From positions 434,001 through 498,000 of the forward strand of contig CBFFRP010000146.1 in the NCBI GenBank assembly GCA_965644295.1: a stretch of 64,000 nucleotides of DNA, read 5' to 3'. Shown here in pieces: positions 10,625-22,930 of this stretch. Under the pieces are notes generated by a model. The model was given only the letters and a program-made list of their open reading frames with translations. It did no database searches and had not been told where the DNA came from. The stretch comes from Paraphysomonas bandaiensis (Eukaryota; Protista; Chrysophyceae). The position numbers and the translations under genes were made by a program. Position 1 is the first letter of the stretch; each line of letters begins with the position of its first letter.

Positions 10625-13540
10625 ATGGACTGCGATGAGTCTCTTCGAAATAAGCAGCAGGAGTGGGTTGACTTACTCAATCATGAGGAGTTATCTGTTG
10701 ATAAGGTCCCTTGTTCTTCGTTACCTCTACAGGATAAACCGACCATTGCCGCACTTTGGCTCAATGACGGGGCCAAAGGACGCAATATCGACTATCCACA
10801 GTCCTCTCAGGAGCTGTTATGCTATAAAGTGTCCAGGTCAGCTCGTTTCTTAGCGTTTTATACAGCAGTGTGTTTGCTTCACATATCTATTCCGTTCATT
10901 GAACAACCGTATTGCGCATGGACGTCAAGTAACGGTAATTATGACTACAACAGTGGCTCGCCGGATAACAGTTACTTGAGTCTGTCTGGCTCAGGGGCAC
11001 TTGAGATATTTTGCCTTTTAGTGTATTTTTTGGAGCTTTCGATGAGACTGGCAGTTAATTACAAAGAAAAGAATATCTGGAAAATAGATTCTTGGACGCA
11101 AATACGATTTATCGTATGCTGTGTACTTTCTCTAGACTGTCTTGTTGCACTTTGCTTTTACCATCCAATTCGTTCAGCGAGATGTTTAGTTCCTTTTGTG
11201 TATATTACCCGTCGCAAGAGCCTCCGTCAAATTGTGCAAGGACTTTTAAAATCAACAGCCAAATGTGTTCCCGTATTTACTCTGCTCTTTACAATCATTC
11301 TTGTATGGAGCTATGTTGGACATCTTATATTTGGCAACGTCAGACTAGACGTAAGCGGGCGGTTCGGAAACCTGGAAGAATCATTTTCTACTACTATCGA
11401 AAGTTTTGCAGCGCGGAGTTATTTGATATTTGCCCTGGACCCGTATTTTCAGAAAGAGGCTGGATCTGCAGTTTTTTTTGTGACCTTGGCTATTTTGGCT
11501 GATGTCCTATGTGGTGCATTGATTGTGGGGGCAGGAAATCGACAATACCGCCTTTATTGCTCAGATGTATTCCATCGTCAAATGATCAACCGGAAGCGCG
11601 CAGTGCTGGCATCATTCTGTATGTTGCATCAGTTCGATTCTGAAGTACAAGGAGACAAGAAGAGTAATCATGAGGAGGAGTTACATCCAGTGTATGATCC
11701 TGCACAAGACACTCGTGGTTTTAGAATAGGGCGTGAAACGTGGTTAAAATTTTGTTCCAAACTCAAATGGAAATTTCGTATGTGCGAGACGCTTGCGAAC
11801 ATAATGTTCGATAGCGAATTGTCTGTTGAAGCTGTAGAGTCAGATACGGAGAGTAATCACTTGGGCAAGCTTAGTGGTCAACGACATTTCCGCGAGGAGA
11901 TCGATTGTGAATCTTTCTTTCGGCTAGCTGCCTTACTTGATACTCGACTAAGAATAGAATCTATAGAAGACGATGGGAATGTTATTAGAGAATCAATGCG
12001 TTTGACTACCACAGATACTCAGAGTGAACCGGGAATTTCCTTGACGTCTGTGAATGGATCTGACTCAATGTCGCAACCTCACACCCCACATGATGAGAAG
12101 GAGAGCCAAAAACTCTCTCTTGGGTCGACTATGATAGATATAGCGATGAAATTTTCATCATTTGTACAAATTGTGACGCAATATAAATTGTTTATTCGAC
12201 TTCCGTTTCGAGTTCCTTTACTGGGAGCTGCGTTTAGTCTCTGCGTGTTCGAAATAGTAGGGACAGTTATGCGTTTTATTCTATCTCTACAACTATGGTA
12301 CGCCAATAACATTACAAACCAAGAAGGTTGGGCGCATGTTGGATATGCTTTGGAGGCATATTTTTGGTGTGAAATGCTGCTTCTCATGGTTACATCTTCC
12401 CCATTCTCTAAGACCAACCTTAGGTTGCTTACGATCAACGTAGTCACACTGGGGTTAATGATAAGCACAGGGCGGGTGGAGGACGAGGAAGAGTCTCGAG
12501 ATGGTCCTGTGGTAGCGCTATCTATATTCCAATGCTTACGATTTTACAGAATTTTTACTACTCTTGCTACTACCCCTGTCTTTTCGAGCATGTCACCACT
12601 GCTAATTCGAATTGTGTTCATAGTGTTCAGTGTAATATATTTTTTTGCCGCAATTGGCTATTATCGCTTATGTGATGCATTCGACAGCGAAGAGGCAGCA
12701 GCGGGTGATGACTTTGCTACTAAATGGGTTCCCTATCAGTATCAGTTAAACTTCAATACCATGATGCAGACAATGTACACGTTATTTGAGGTATCATTGC
12801 TGGGATCTTGGACGATGGTGATGCAAGCTGCGGCACAAGACCACCCCATGAGGGCGATAACCTATTTCTTTGCTTTTCGATTATTTATGTCTTTAGTTGT
12901 TTGGCCGATTTTGACGTCATTTATTATTCAGACATATACGGTGCGGAGTGATAAATTTTATATGGAAAAGGAGCTTGCTATGGGTGTTAATGTGGAAAAT
13001 ATGAATAAGCACTCCGAGGAATCAGTGGTAAACTCCATGCATGCCAGTGACGCAGATGCAGTTGGTGTGTGTCGACAGTCAGTGTGTAGTGATCTCAGTA
13101 GTGGATCTGAACGCAGCACTTCAATAGGACATTTCCGCTTAGGAAGGACGTCATCTACTGGCAAGAAGGCCTCCCTGTCGATTGGTAAGTTGTATTTTGA
13201 AAAATTTCTCGATAAAGCCTAATATGCTGCAACAGATAGTAGTAGCACAGTTATAGAGGATAGTATGATGTCTTTCTGGTCTGGTACTGGATCAGAAAAA
13301 TATATGGCACAAAAGTCTAGTTCAAGTAGGGGTCAGAAGGAAAAACTAACTCGGAATATGGTTGATGAAGAAGTTTACCATAGTTTAAGAATGCAATTGC
13401 AATCTACGCTGAGTCAACTCGAGATTGAAATGGAAAAGAACGCGAAGTTGATAAATGAAAATCACAGCCTCCGAAATTTTATAAACCAAGAGTTACACAT
13501 TGAAATTGATGATATTGATGATGGAATGGGAGACGATTAA
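10625..13540 (+). CDS. Two-pore channel (TPC)-like cation channel, 2 exons (intron 13185-13235)
   Basis: Two 6-TM repeats, each with an S4-like and pore-helix region (FGNLEESFSTT; LNFNTMMQTMYTLFEV...W). A 51-nt GTAAGT...AACAG intron joins the 13265-13540 coiled-coil tail in frame. Confidence 0.8.
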
Positions 13541-14056
13541 TTTCTTTATAAAATTTGATTTAAATATCGCATTATTGCTTTTTATTATACTACATTCAAC
13601 GCTGTCATACTTCAGTGTAGCATTATATTTACTATAACTTATTACGATTACTTAATTTTCTTTTAACTTTTTACTTGTATTGCATATTCCGAATCACCCC
13701 ATATCTTAGAAACCGGTTTATATACTTCTGTTCACTGATGCACTTGATTGACGATTACATATTTATGAAAATATCGAGTATTAGGGTGTCTAAGAATATG
13801 CATGCATGCCAAACGTAGAGTTGTAATATAGAAAAAATGTTGACAACGGAACTACAACTATATATAATTATAAATGAGAAGGCTAGTAGCTTAGTAGCTT
13901 TAGCATGAATTTGTATGAAGAACGTTGCACTCAGTCTGTATGCATAAGAAACGAATAATTATGTTTGCGTAGTAGTGAGAGCTGTATGAAAAGCAGCCCT
14001 TTAAGCCAGTGATCATGGGTTCGTGCCCCACATGCGGTGCAACTTCTTCGAGTGAG

Positions 14057-14477
14057 CCCATATATTATAGCAACTCGCACCTTTTTGTTGTATTCTGGGG
14101 AAAAGTACCGGAGATATTTCTCCGGTAAACTAACGTGAGTCGCATATATAGTCAGCAGATGTTGTTCTACCTACTCATAGCTTAATGCTTGTGTGGTACA
14201 AGGGACACCAATATAAGTGTCACTTGTCTAGACATCTTTGGGCCTTGACGAATAAATAGCCATCGGGGAATGGGCCCACCTCAAGGGTATCCGAGGTATT
14301 GGGATGGCTACCGAAGTCAAGCATTCGCGCCGTTTTCTTCAAAGATAGAGAGGGAAAGTGGTTGCACCTTGGTGCTTGCGTGACACACAAGCAGCTTTCG
14401 TGGGATATTGTTTTGCTACACTAGATCTGACTCTTACCTCTTACACGCCTACTGCTAATAATCTAACATTCACTACT
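14057..14477 (-). repeat. LTR-like dispersed repeat copy
   Basis: Reverse complement starts AGTAGTGAATGTTAGATTATTAGC and carries the family blocks. Confidence 0.9.
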
Positions 14478-14661
14478 AAGAAAAGCAACGTGGACTAGCG
14501 TTTTATACAAAGCATGAAGTAAGCATGCACGCCATCTTGATAGCCATGATTGAGGATAAAACTACGACGAGAAATATACATATTGAAGTAGTAAAATTTA
14601 GATTAGCATGTTACTCTATAAATCACTGCTGCCAGTAATCTAACACTAGCTACCAACATCT

Positions 14662-16857
14662 TCAAAATACAATCTGACCAGTTGGCTGAAGAGTTCCTAC
14701 TTTGTAGGATTTAAATAGGCGCAGGTAGTCCTTTCGTGCTTGACTGCTCTTCGGGAAAACTGTCAAAGTCATGACACCTCCCTGCAAAACGAAATCTTTC
14801 GCCGTCAAAATCTGTCGGAAAGTGCACCCCATATGTACTTCAACTAGTTTCTATGTATACAAGTAGAGTGATTCAACGCCACCTCTGTGTTTACGGCGAC
14901 ACTTACAATATCATCTGGAGATTTCGTGTTCAGCTGTGCAATAGATCTCGATGCTTCAGTTCCAGACCCGTCATCTAACATCTTGGTTTCGCCACTGCGC
15001 AGAGTTAACTTAAGGAATAATCGTCAACAGTACATACTTTTGATTGGCAACACGAGCGCGATTATATTCCATCCATTGGTCTTCTGTAGAAAATTTACTT
15101 GTTGTGTTGATCTATACGAAGGGACTTAGTTACGCACAACACTGATCGGAACATGCACCTGTATATACGCCACTAAATTGGATACGTGGTACTCATTCTT
15201 CGAGTCCCATGGTACCACTGGCGCCGACTAAATATACGCATATAAGTGAAAAAGTGACGTTGCTACTGCTCCTACCCCACAATCCTCAAGCTCTGGAAAC
15301 ATTTCTGCTAGCAGCATTACCAACATAGTATCCGCATTAGCTCCCTGAAACGAAATTTAACAAAGCTGTCCTGATGAAGGGACTACGTATTATTCACCTG
15401 GATCACATCTAATTGGGAATGTTGTGGATAGAGAACAACAGTTGGCCAGCTATCCACTTTCTGTAGTTAGTGTAATGAGATGGACAATAAATGCAAATAT
15501 TATGCGTATACCCCATCCTCTTCATCCACAAAAGGCATGTGCTGAACCAATTGAGGGGGTGGGACCCACGATGGCTCTGCGGGACCGAGTGATACTCCGT
15601 TACGCGTCGCAATAGCCCATGCCTATCAGAAATACTTATCCCTGTTGCTTTCGAGCATTACTAGCAGTGGTAAACTGTTACCTCGGACCACTTCCTTTCC
15701 ATCGCTAGTCTGGCTGCATTAGCCTCTTCCCGTAAACGGGCTAGTCTGGACAGTTCCTTCTCACACTGCGCCCAAGCATTATTATTTAATCACAGCATAG
15801 ACCCCATATGTGTAAGAACCTGGGTCTTAAGAGCCAAAAGTTCGGTGGTTTCGTCACCAGCAACTGATAAGCCCTCTTCCACAGCCTTTAGAGCTGCCTC
15901 TGGTCGTCGTACTTGGAGAAGGCACTTTATATATCAGATCAAATAAGCTATCGAATTGTAGGGAAAGTCTAATAAATATATATTTCGAATTACCTTAACT
16001 TTACGGTAGTGAGCCTTAATGTTCTGGTTCCATAAAAGTAGGGCCTGTGCACAACCCAAGTTTAGTGGTGCATTATTACAACTCAAAATACGATAGACTA
16101 GTGTACCGTATTTATATCTCGCAGAGCCATGCCAAAATTCTTCAGGTTCATGCAGGCCAATGCCCTATTATTCATAATCTGAGACCGTAGTTTCCTCAAG
16201 TCGACAGTCTTGTCGGCCTCCTCTTCTGTTCCATCTTTTCTTGCCGCATCTATATAGGTTGGACACGCATTATTCTCACACAAAGGAGAATATAAACTTC
16301 GCGAGGGCAGAGTACTCACCAGCCTTATCCAAAAATGTTAGAGCGTGTGAATAACAATTGATAGCGTCTTGCTGCTCCTTCTTCGTTTTCTTCTTGATCC
16401 ATTCATTGCCCTCGTCCTTGTACATAACCGCAAGTTCAACCTGAGTTTTGTCCTCTTCTCTAAGTGCACGAAAGGCCTCCACCTAAAACAAACATACTGA
16501 TATCAGACAATGTCAGAAAAATCAATCACTCCTACACATAACAACATGTTGACAAATAGTTGTTTGCTATGTTGTATGTGTACAGTGGACAGCTGCAGGG
16601 GGGGTGAGCTCACCATGGGATTTCCCTCCAAGTCTTCAGTCGATTGAGCCCAAAAAGGATGTTTCAATGGGTCTCCTATTTCCTCAAAGTATGCCTCACG
16701 CTCTTCTTCAGATTTAAACCCCTTTACATGGAGAGCAGACAGGTGTTAGAGACTCATCAGTCCGCTGCTGTTACCAGTCTACCTGTCCATTGGCTAGAGC
16801 CTGGTCATACCAGTCCAGCATACCATCAATCTCTTCATCTGACACTAAACTTGACAT
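14662..16857 (-). CDS. TTC4: TPR co-chaperone TTC4/Cns1 homologue, multi-exon
   Basis: Spliced N-terminus MSSLVSDEE...KHPFWAQSTEDLEGNPM/VEAFRALREEDKTQVELAVMYKDEGNEW; TPR motif NNRALACMNLKNFGMALRD; many short GT-AG introns. Confidence 0.8.
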
Positions 16858-17277
16858 TGGAAGCCGATATAATACTCAGCTGAACAGGAAATGGTGATAT
16901 GAACAGACTGCTTCTTCCAGTGGGAGAGAGTGTACTGCTGTATGATGATGGAGAGAGGTGGGATGTATACGGTATATGTATAGTGCTGTATAGTGCTGTA
17001 TAGTGGTATAGTGGTGTACAGAACCGTCCATAGATAATGTTTCCAATGGAACTATATGAGCGGTACGAGTTGTTCGTAGTGTGTAGGTATACAACCGTAC
17101 ATCTGTATGCGGTATGCGGTATGCCGTATGCGGTATACAGTGGTATCCTCTGCACATATTGCTGGATGCATACATACTGTACATACGTACATGTATATCA
17201 TGCATGTACGGTATGGTATGGTATATACATGCATATATGTGATATGCATATGCACCATTATCCTCCCCACCAACACC

Positions 17278-18485
17278 ATGTCCTTATCTCGCTATACATC
17301 TCATATCCATAGATACCGCAATCACCTGTCACCCCTATCCCGGTCCCTATGTACCTGGAAGGGTCTGAAGAGAACCAGTCACTTCATTGATGCCCCTGAC
17401 AAGTCCCATACACTACACCTCTTACAGGTACCTCTATACAACATCTACATTCACATATCACACGCTTTACATACAGATATCAAGAGAAGATGGAGGAAGT
17501 AACGATCCCCCGTGCTTGTTACTACATGGAGCGGTTGAGAATGGTCGAATATTCTACTCTCCTAATGGGAAGGGACTCGGTCCGTACCTCGCAAGGGCTG
17601 GAAACAATGTATTTGTTCCAGATATGCGTGGAAAGGGTATGTCTACTCCGTTCATCAAAGAGGAAAAGAGGAATGCAGTGTATGGCATCAAAGAAATAAC
17701 AACCAAAAGCATCCCGCTGTTTGCCCGTACAGTGCGCGAGATAAGTGGCCACTCTAGACAAGCGTGGGTATCGCACTCCATTGGCGGTGTGTTGATGGCA
17801 TCTGCTATGGCTCGTGATCCGTCTCTTATATCCATGGTCTCAAGCCAAGTACATTTTGCTACGAAGCGGCGAATCCGGTGCAACTCCTTGCAGAGCTGGG
17901 TACTCCTAAATATTACTTATGGAGTAGTTTGCCAAGCGCTGATTCACATGTACGGTTTCCTACCGGGAGCTAAGTTTGGAATAGGAGTGGATGATGAGAC
18001 AAAAATTGCATACGAAAATGGTCGTATATGGGCAAGAGATATACCAGGAAGTTGGGTGGACCTTGAGGACGACTTCGATTACGGTGCAGCCTATAAGGTT
18101 ATTATACACTACCCGATACTACAATTGTATTATTTTGTAGTAGTGCTGATTGCTACGACTAGAGTTAATGTATTTCACTGTTTGTACTGAAGTTTTATCT
18201 CTACGTTAAGTTATGAGTGTCCTGTAGGCACAAGTGTATGATCGGGGTCTTGTACCGCCGATGCTATTGTTGGGGGCGCGTAGAGATTTACTGGCTACTG
18301 AGCAGGATGTTTTATCGTGGGGACGTGAGGTGGGAGCACGGAAAACATCTATTCTATCTATGTCTGCAGGGAGCATGGAGGACTACGACCACTTCAGTAT
18401 ATTGACGTCTCCGTCGTGCAATGACGACCATTTCCCACACGTTGCTACGTGGATAAAGCACCACCACAATAGTGGGTCATATTGA
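17278..18485 (+). CDS. Alpha/beta-fold hydrolase (esterase-like), 3 exons (17278-17427, 17477-18097, 18228-18485)
   Basis: LLHGAVENG oxyanion motif, DMRGKG, nucleophile elbow SHSIGG, C-terminal YDHFSIL histidine; both introns splice in frame. Confidence 0.85.
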
Positions 18486-18917
18486 GTCAGTTTCAGTTAG
18501 TTTCATATATTTGTACACGTGTAGATAAAGTGCGGAGGTTATGGGATTTGTGGTTAATGAATTATTTCCACAATACTAATTTCAGATATCGTGCTGATTC
18601 AATATCAGGCTACTTGTTCACATATGAGAATGAGCTCACAAATTAGTCGTTACCATGGTACGATCGAAATAGTTCCCTACAAAAGGCAATGGATATACTG
18701 GAACCAGAATATGATAAATAGCGAAAGGAGGGGCATCTATTCTACTAATGGATATAGTATAGAAAATAGTAGAGTAGCTACCAAACAAAAAACGACGTAC
18801 AGTTGTCGTGGATACAGCTACAGTACACGTGCTTTATCAACCCAACAATAGATGAAATTTACTTCAAACTTGCCTCATCAGATCAAGATAGAGTAGTCTT
18901 CAAACTCGCATTTACAT

Positions 18918-19326
18918 AGTAGTGAATGTTAGATTATTAGCAGTAAGAGTCAGATCTAGTGTAGCAAAATAATTGAACTAACTAGTGCTTAACTCTGGTA
19001 TCAAACTATTTCGCCCCACGAAAGCTGCTTGTGCGTCGCCGCAAGAACCAAGCTGTGACCACTTTCGCTCTCTGTCCTTAAGGCGAACAGCCCAAATGCT
19101 TGACTTCAGTAGGCAGCCCAATACCCTGGATGCCTTTGAGGTAGGCCCATTCCCGGATCCCTATTTAAGAGTCAAGGCACAAAGACTTATACAAAGTGAC
19201 ACTAATTAGTGTCCCTTGTATCACACAAGCATTCGGCTATGAGTGAGCAGAACAAAATCTGCTGTCTATGTTTGCGGCTCACGTCAGGTATCCCCCAGAG
19301 CACCACGTAAAGGTGCGAGTCCAACT
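18918..19326 (+). repeat. LTR-like dispersed repeat copy (subfamily A)
   Basis: AGTAGTGAATG...GGTGCGAGTCCAACT. Confidence 0.9.
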
Positions 19327-19430
19327 TTGATAAATGTCATTACATGGTAAATGACAGTAATACTCTTAACAAACACTTGAAAAACAGAAAAGAAATGAGG
19401 GGGGTCCCTCTGGAGGCTTTCGGCTTTATA

Positions 19431-19949
19431 AGTAGTGAATGTCTTCTTATTAACACAAGGCGCTTAAGAGTCGGAAATAATTTAGAATTACAACTTACAT
19501 CCTACTATTTAACGCTGCGAAAGCTGCTTGTGTCATCGCAAGCACCAAGGTGCAACCACTTTGCACTATCACTCAAGGCGAACGCTGTGACAAAGCAGAA
19601 CGTTGATATACCTGACATCTGCTGACTTCAGTTTACTTGAGGCCTTAAGGTGAACTGCAACTTCAGCAGGCAGCCCAATACCGGTTACCCTTGAGGTGGG
19701 CTCATTCCCGGATGGCTACTTATTCGTCAAGGCCCAAAGACGTCTACACAAGTGACACTTCTATTAGTGTCCCTTCTACCACACAAGCATTCGGCTGCTG
19801 ACTATATATGGCTTCATAAAATCGAATCCCTAAATTCATATTGAAAGTCTAATTATTAGCACGTTAGTTTGCGGCTCACATTAGTTTCCCAGAGAGAGTC
19901 TTTCCGGTACTTATCCCCCAGAACACCACGAAAAGGTGCGAGTCCCACT
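19431..19949 (+). repeat. LTR-like dispersed repeat copy (subfamily B)
   Basis: AGTAGTGAATG...GGTGCGAGTCCCACT, with an extra internal block (GCGAACGCTGTGACAAAGCAGAACG) shared with the 21010-21487 copy. Confidence 0.9.
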
Positions 19950-20719
19950 TTATTGAGGGTCCCTAAATTCTGTAAAGTGGTAATTTTAAGCAATGTTAAT
20001 GTTTTTATATATTAACTTATAATATCTCATTTATATTATTTCGAAGTAACAACTACAACTAAAGGTGCTATATAATAATACTTAAATTAGCTATAATTTA
20101 AAGATATATTAAGGTTGAGTTTTAAAATGGTAATCGCCATTGAAGTGTCGTCATTGCCATGTCGCCACTATACCAGCAACACTACCTACATGTCTCCCCA
20201 AGATGAGGAAATAATATTCTTCACACACTGTTAATAGATATCTCTATATAGTTACTTTTCTCATTGTGCATATTTATACCCTTTTCCGACCATCGGAAAA
20301 TTTCACCAGCTCGGTATTACTCCGATTATCCCAGAATAAAAAGGGCAATAGAGTACGGCAAGGCGATTAAGTATAGTGGTCTCTGTATAATATGGAAGGC
20401 CAACTAGGAGAATATCAGCAAACAGCAATATGCCACTTTATACCCTGTGAATAAACCTGGTGCTGTTGTTACGCCTTCTTTCAGTAAGAGTACTTCTTGT
20501 GCATGTGTTCATCATACACAAGTACGTCTACTGCTGTGGCACTTCCCGCCTCGGCCAACATGACGCCTCTCCTCTCTGGCGTTAGCCACGCTGATATCAA
20601 TTCATGCCTACTGCTGGTCATGCACACCACCCATGGTAACGGGAAGTTTTAGACTCGTATATATTATATAACTTTCAGTTCCAGTGCAATTGTAATAATG
20701 ACATCATGCTTCTAAATAA

Positions 20720-21000
20720 AATGCTTTTTGATGGAACCATCTTTTTTATACTTCCGTTTAAAAATATACAGAGATCTGATTGGCTGAACTCCAGGCGTAG
20801 CTCCCACAACATCGAACACATTTCGTTGGAATAGGGCACTGCGCTCTCTGCGTCGAGCCTCTCTCCATTCGGCAGCCTCGTTGTTCTTGGTAGATTCCAG
20901 ACCTGTTTCTGGTTCCCTTTCCTTAGCCATGTCAGTCATTAGTACAGAATCTCTTTCATACCTAATTGAGCAACTTGTTCTCGTAACTAAGAAAATTAAT
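20720..21000 (-). mobile_element. Ty1/copia pol fragment (start of reverse transcriptase)
   Basis: EAAEWREARRRERSALFQRNVFDVVGATPGVQPIRSLYIFKRKYKKDGSIKK matches the copia pre-RT/RT start; it breaks off where KARLVA would follow. Confidence 0.85.
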
Positions 21001-21009
21001 TTTACCCAG

Positions 21010-21487
21010 CGTGGTGTTCTGGGGGATAAGTACCGGAGAGATACTCGCTGGGAAACTATCGTAAGCCGCAAACATAGACAGCAGATTTTGTTTTGCCCAC
21101 TCATAGCTTGTGTGGTAAAAGGGACACTAATAGAAGTGTCACTTGTGTAGACGTCTTTTGGCCTTGACGAATATGTAGCTATCCGGGAATGGGCCCACCT
21201 CAAGGGTAACCGAGGTATTGGGCTGCCTGCAGAAGTCAAGCATCCGGGCTGTTCACCTTAAGGACTCAAGTAAAGTGAAGTCAGCAGACGTCAAGTATAT
21301 CAACGTTCTGCTTTGTCACAGCGTTCGCCTTGAATGATAGAGCAAAATTGGTTGTACCTTGGTGCTTGCGGTGACACACAGCTTTTGTAGCGTGATGTAA
21401 TAGGACACTAGAGTTTGTTAAATTGTAATTCTAAATTATTTCCGACTCTTAAAAGTCTAGTACTAATGAGAAGAGACTTTCACTACT
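21010..21487 (-). repeat. LTR-like repeat copy (subfamily B), 3'-truncated and joined to copia pol
   Basis: Reverse complement starts AGTAGTGAAAGTC and ends at CAGAACACCACG. Confidence 0.9.
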
Positions 21488-21578
21488 AACCTTTGGCTTG
21501 GTCATACCTACAGCATGTAATAACTATTTCACTATCGATTTACCTTTGAGATATAGATTTATATGTAGTTGTTCTAAG

Positions 21579-22133
21579 TCATACGTCATGGTATATTTTC
21601 AGTACGGTCCGCAGCCTCATTGTTTTAGCTACATCAGTGGCAGGTTCACCTAGCTCTTCCATTTGTTGAGTAATTCCATGAAGACTATCTATAGATGTAC
21701 ACATTAACTCTCCAAGTAAAATTATGAAGGCAGCGAATTGATAGTTCAACTCAACCAACTCGTATGAGGTTTCACCCCTAAAACGTTCTACTAATCTCAC
21801 AATTAATTCACTTGCTGACAATTCCTTATCAGGGGTCACCGTATTGCAACATATCCTTCTCCCTGAAGTATAGGTCAACGATTTCGAGTGCTTCAGCCAC
21901 GGGTTGAACAGCCTCAAAGATGGAACTGATATACCACTTCTCGAGATCTTCCTTGTATTGTTTTGAACAGCTGATGATGAACTGGTCAATAGTTTGGGGT
22001 CTAGTACATGAACCATGAGCCATATCTTTCGTTTCTTTGTCCTGTTGATCACCCCAAACTGAGCGAACTTTGGAAGTATTTTCCAGTCTGAACGATGAAA
22101 TAACTTAAGTAACTGAACTTTGGACTTACTCAA
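21579..22133 (-). pseudogene. Degenerate copia gag-like fragment
   Basis: LNYQFAAFIILLGE...IDSLHGITQQMEELGEPATDVAKTMRL resembles the copia gag (UBN2-type) helix pattern; same strand as, and upstream of, the RT fragment. Confidence 0.6.
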
Positions 22134-22403
22134 TAATCAATTATAAATCGTGATCAACTTCTTTTATCATTTACTGCCATTCACCAAATTTATGTCAAAT
22201 AGTAAATATAGTAATTAATGAATTCGGTTTAAAGCGGCCAGATTTGACATGTGTTAGCTGAAATAACTTAAGTAACTGAACTTTGGACTTACTCAATAAT
22301 CAATTATAAATCGTGATCAACTTCTTTTATCATTCACTGCCATTCACCAAATTTATGTCAAATTGTAAATATAGTAATTAATGAATTCGGTTTAAAGCGG
22401 CCA
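22096..22403. repeat. 145-bp direct duplication (22096-22240, 22259-22403)
   Basis: Two copies differing at 2 positions, with an 18-bp spacer. Confidence 0.95.
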
Positions 22404-22930
22404 CAAGCTTCCACTAGGAGCTACTTTATTTCTTTGCTCTTTATACTGAAATGTTACGTAGAGGAATAACTGCAATGCTTACACTAAAATTTCATAGATA
22501 TATGTGCACTTATAGCACCGTAGAGGCAGAACGATACACAAAACAATATTTTAAATATCACTATGTCGCAACATATCCGAAAACTGACATTGGGTATCAA
22601 CAAATTGACCCGTTAGGATATATATATATGTCTACCACTGCGTGAAATAACAGCCACCACTACCTATGTATAGACTATTGCCTAACGGTTAATATATGAG
22701 TATAACAAAGAAACCAAAACAATAATACTTACACCATACTCATATTATCATTATGACAACTATTCTCCCTTTCGTACAGAAACATCGTTTAAGATATTAG
22801 CGGTATATGCTGATTAACAATTAATTCACATGATGAAGTACGACTACGATTAGAAAACAATGTCTCCGGCTCTGTTCCGCTAGATAATTTACACTATGCC
22901 TACATGCTATTGAAGTTATACCAATGACAT

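Noticed and set aside
16835-17312. Several overlapping Tyr/His/Met-rich ORFs
   Set aside because: Products of simple-sequence DNA in the divergent promoter between TTC4 and the hydrolase.
18918-19949. TRIM-like LTR-short internal-LTR element with a purine tract near 19380-19404
   Set aside because: The two repeat copies belong to different subfamilies and no TSD flanks the pair.
20712-21239. 175-aa ORF as a real gene
   Set aside because: Chimera of repeat sequence read through into a copia RT fragment.
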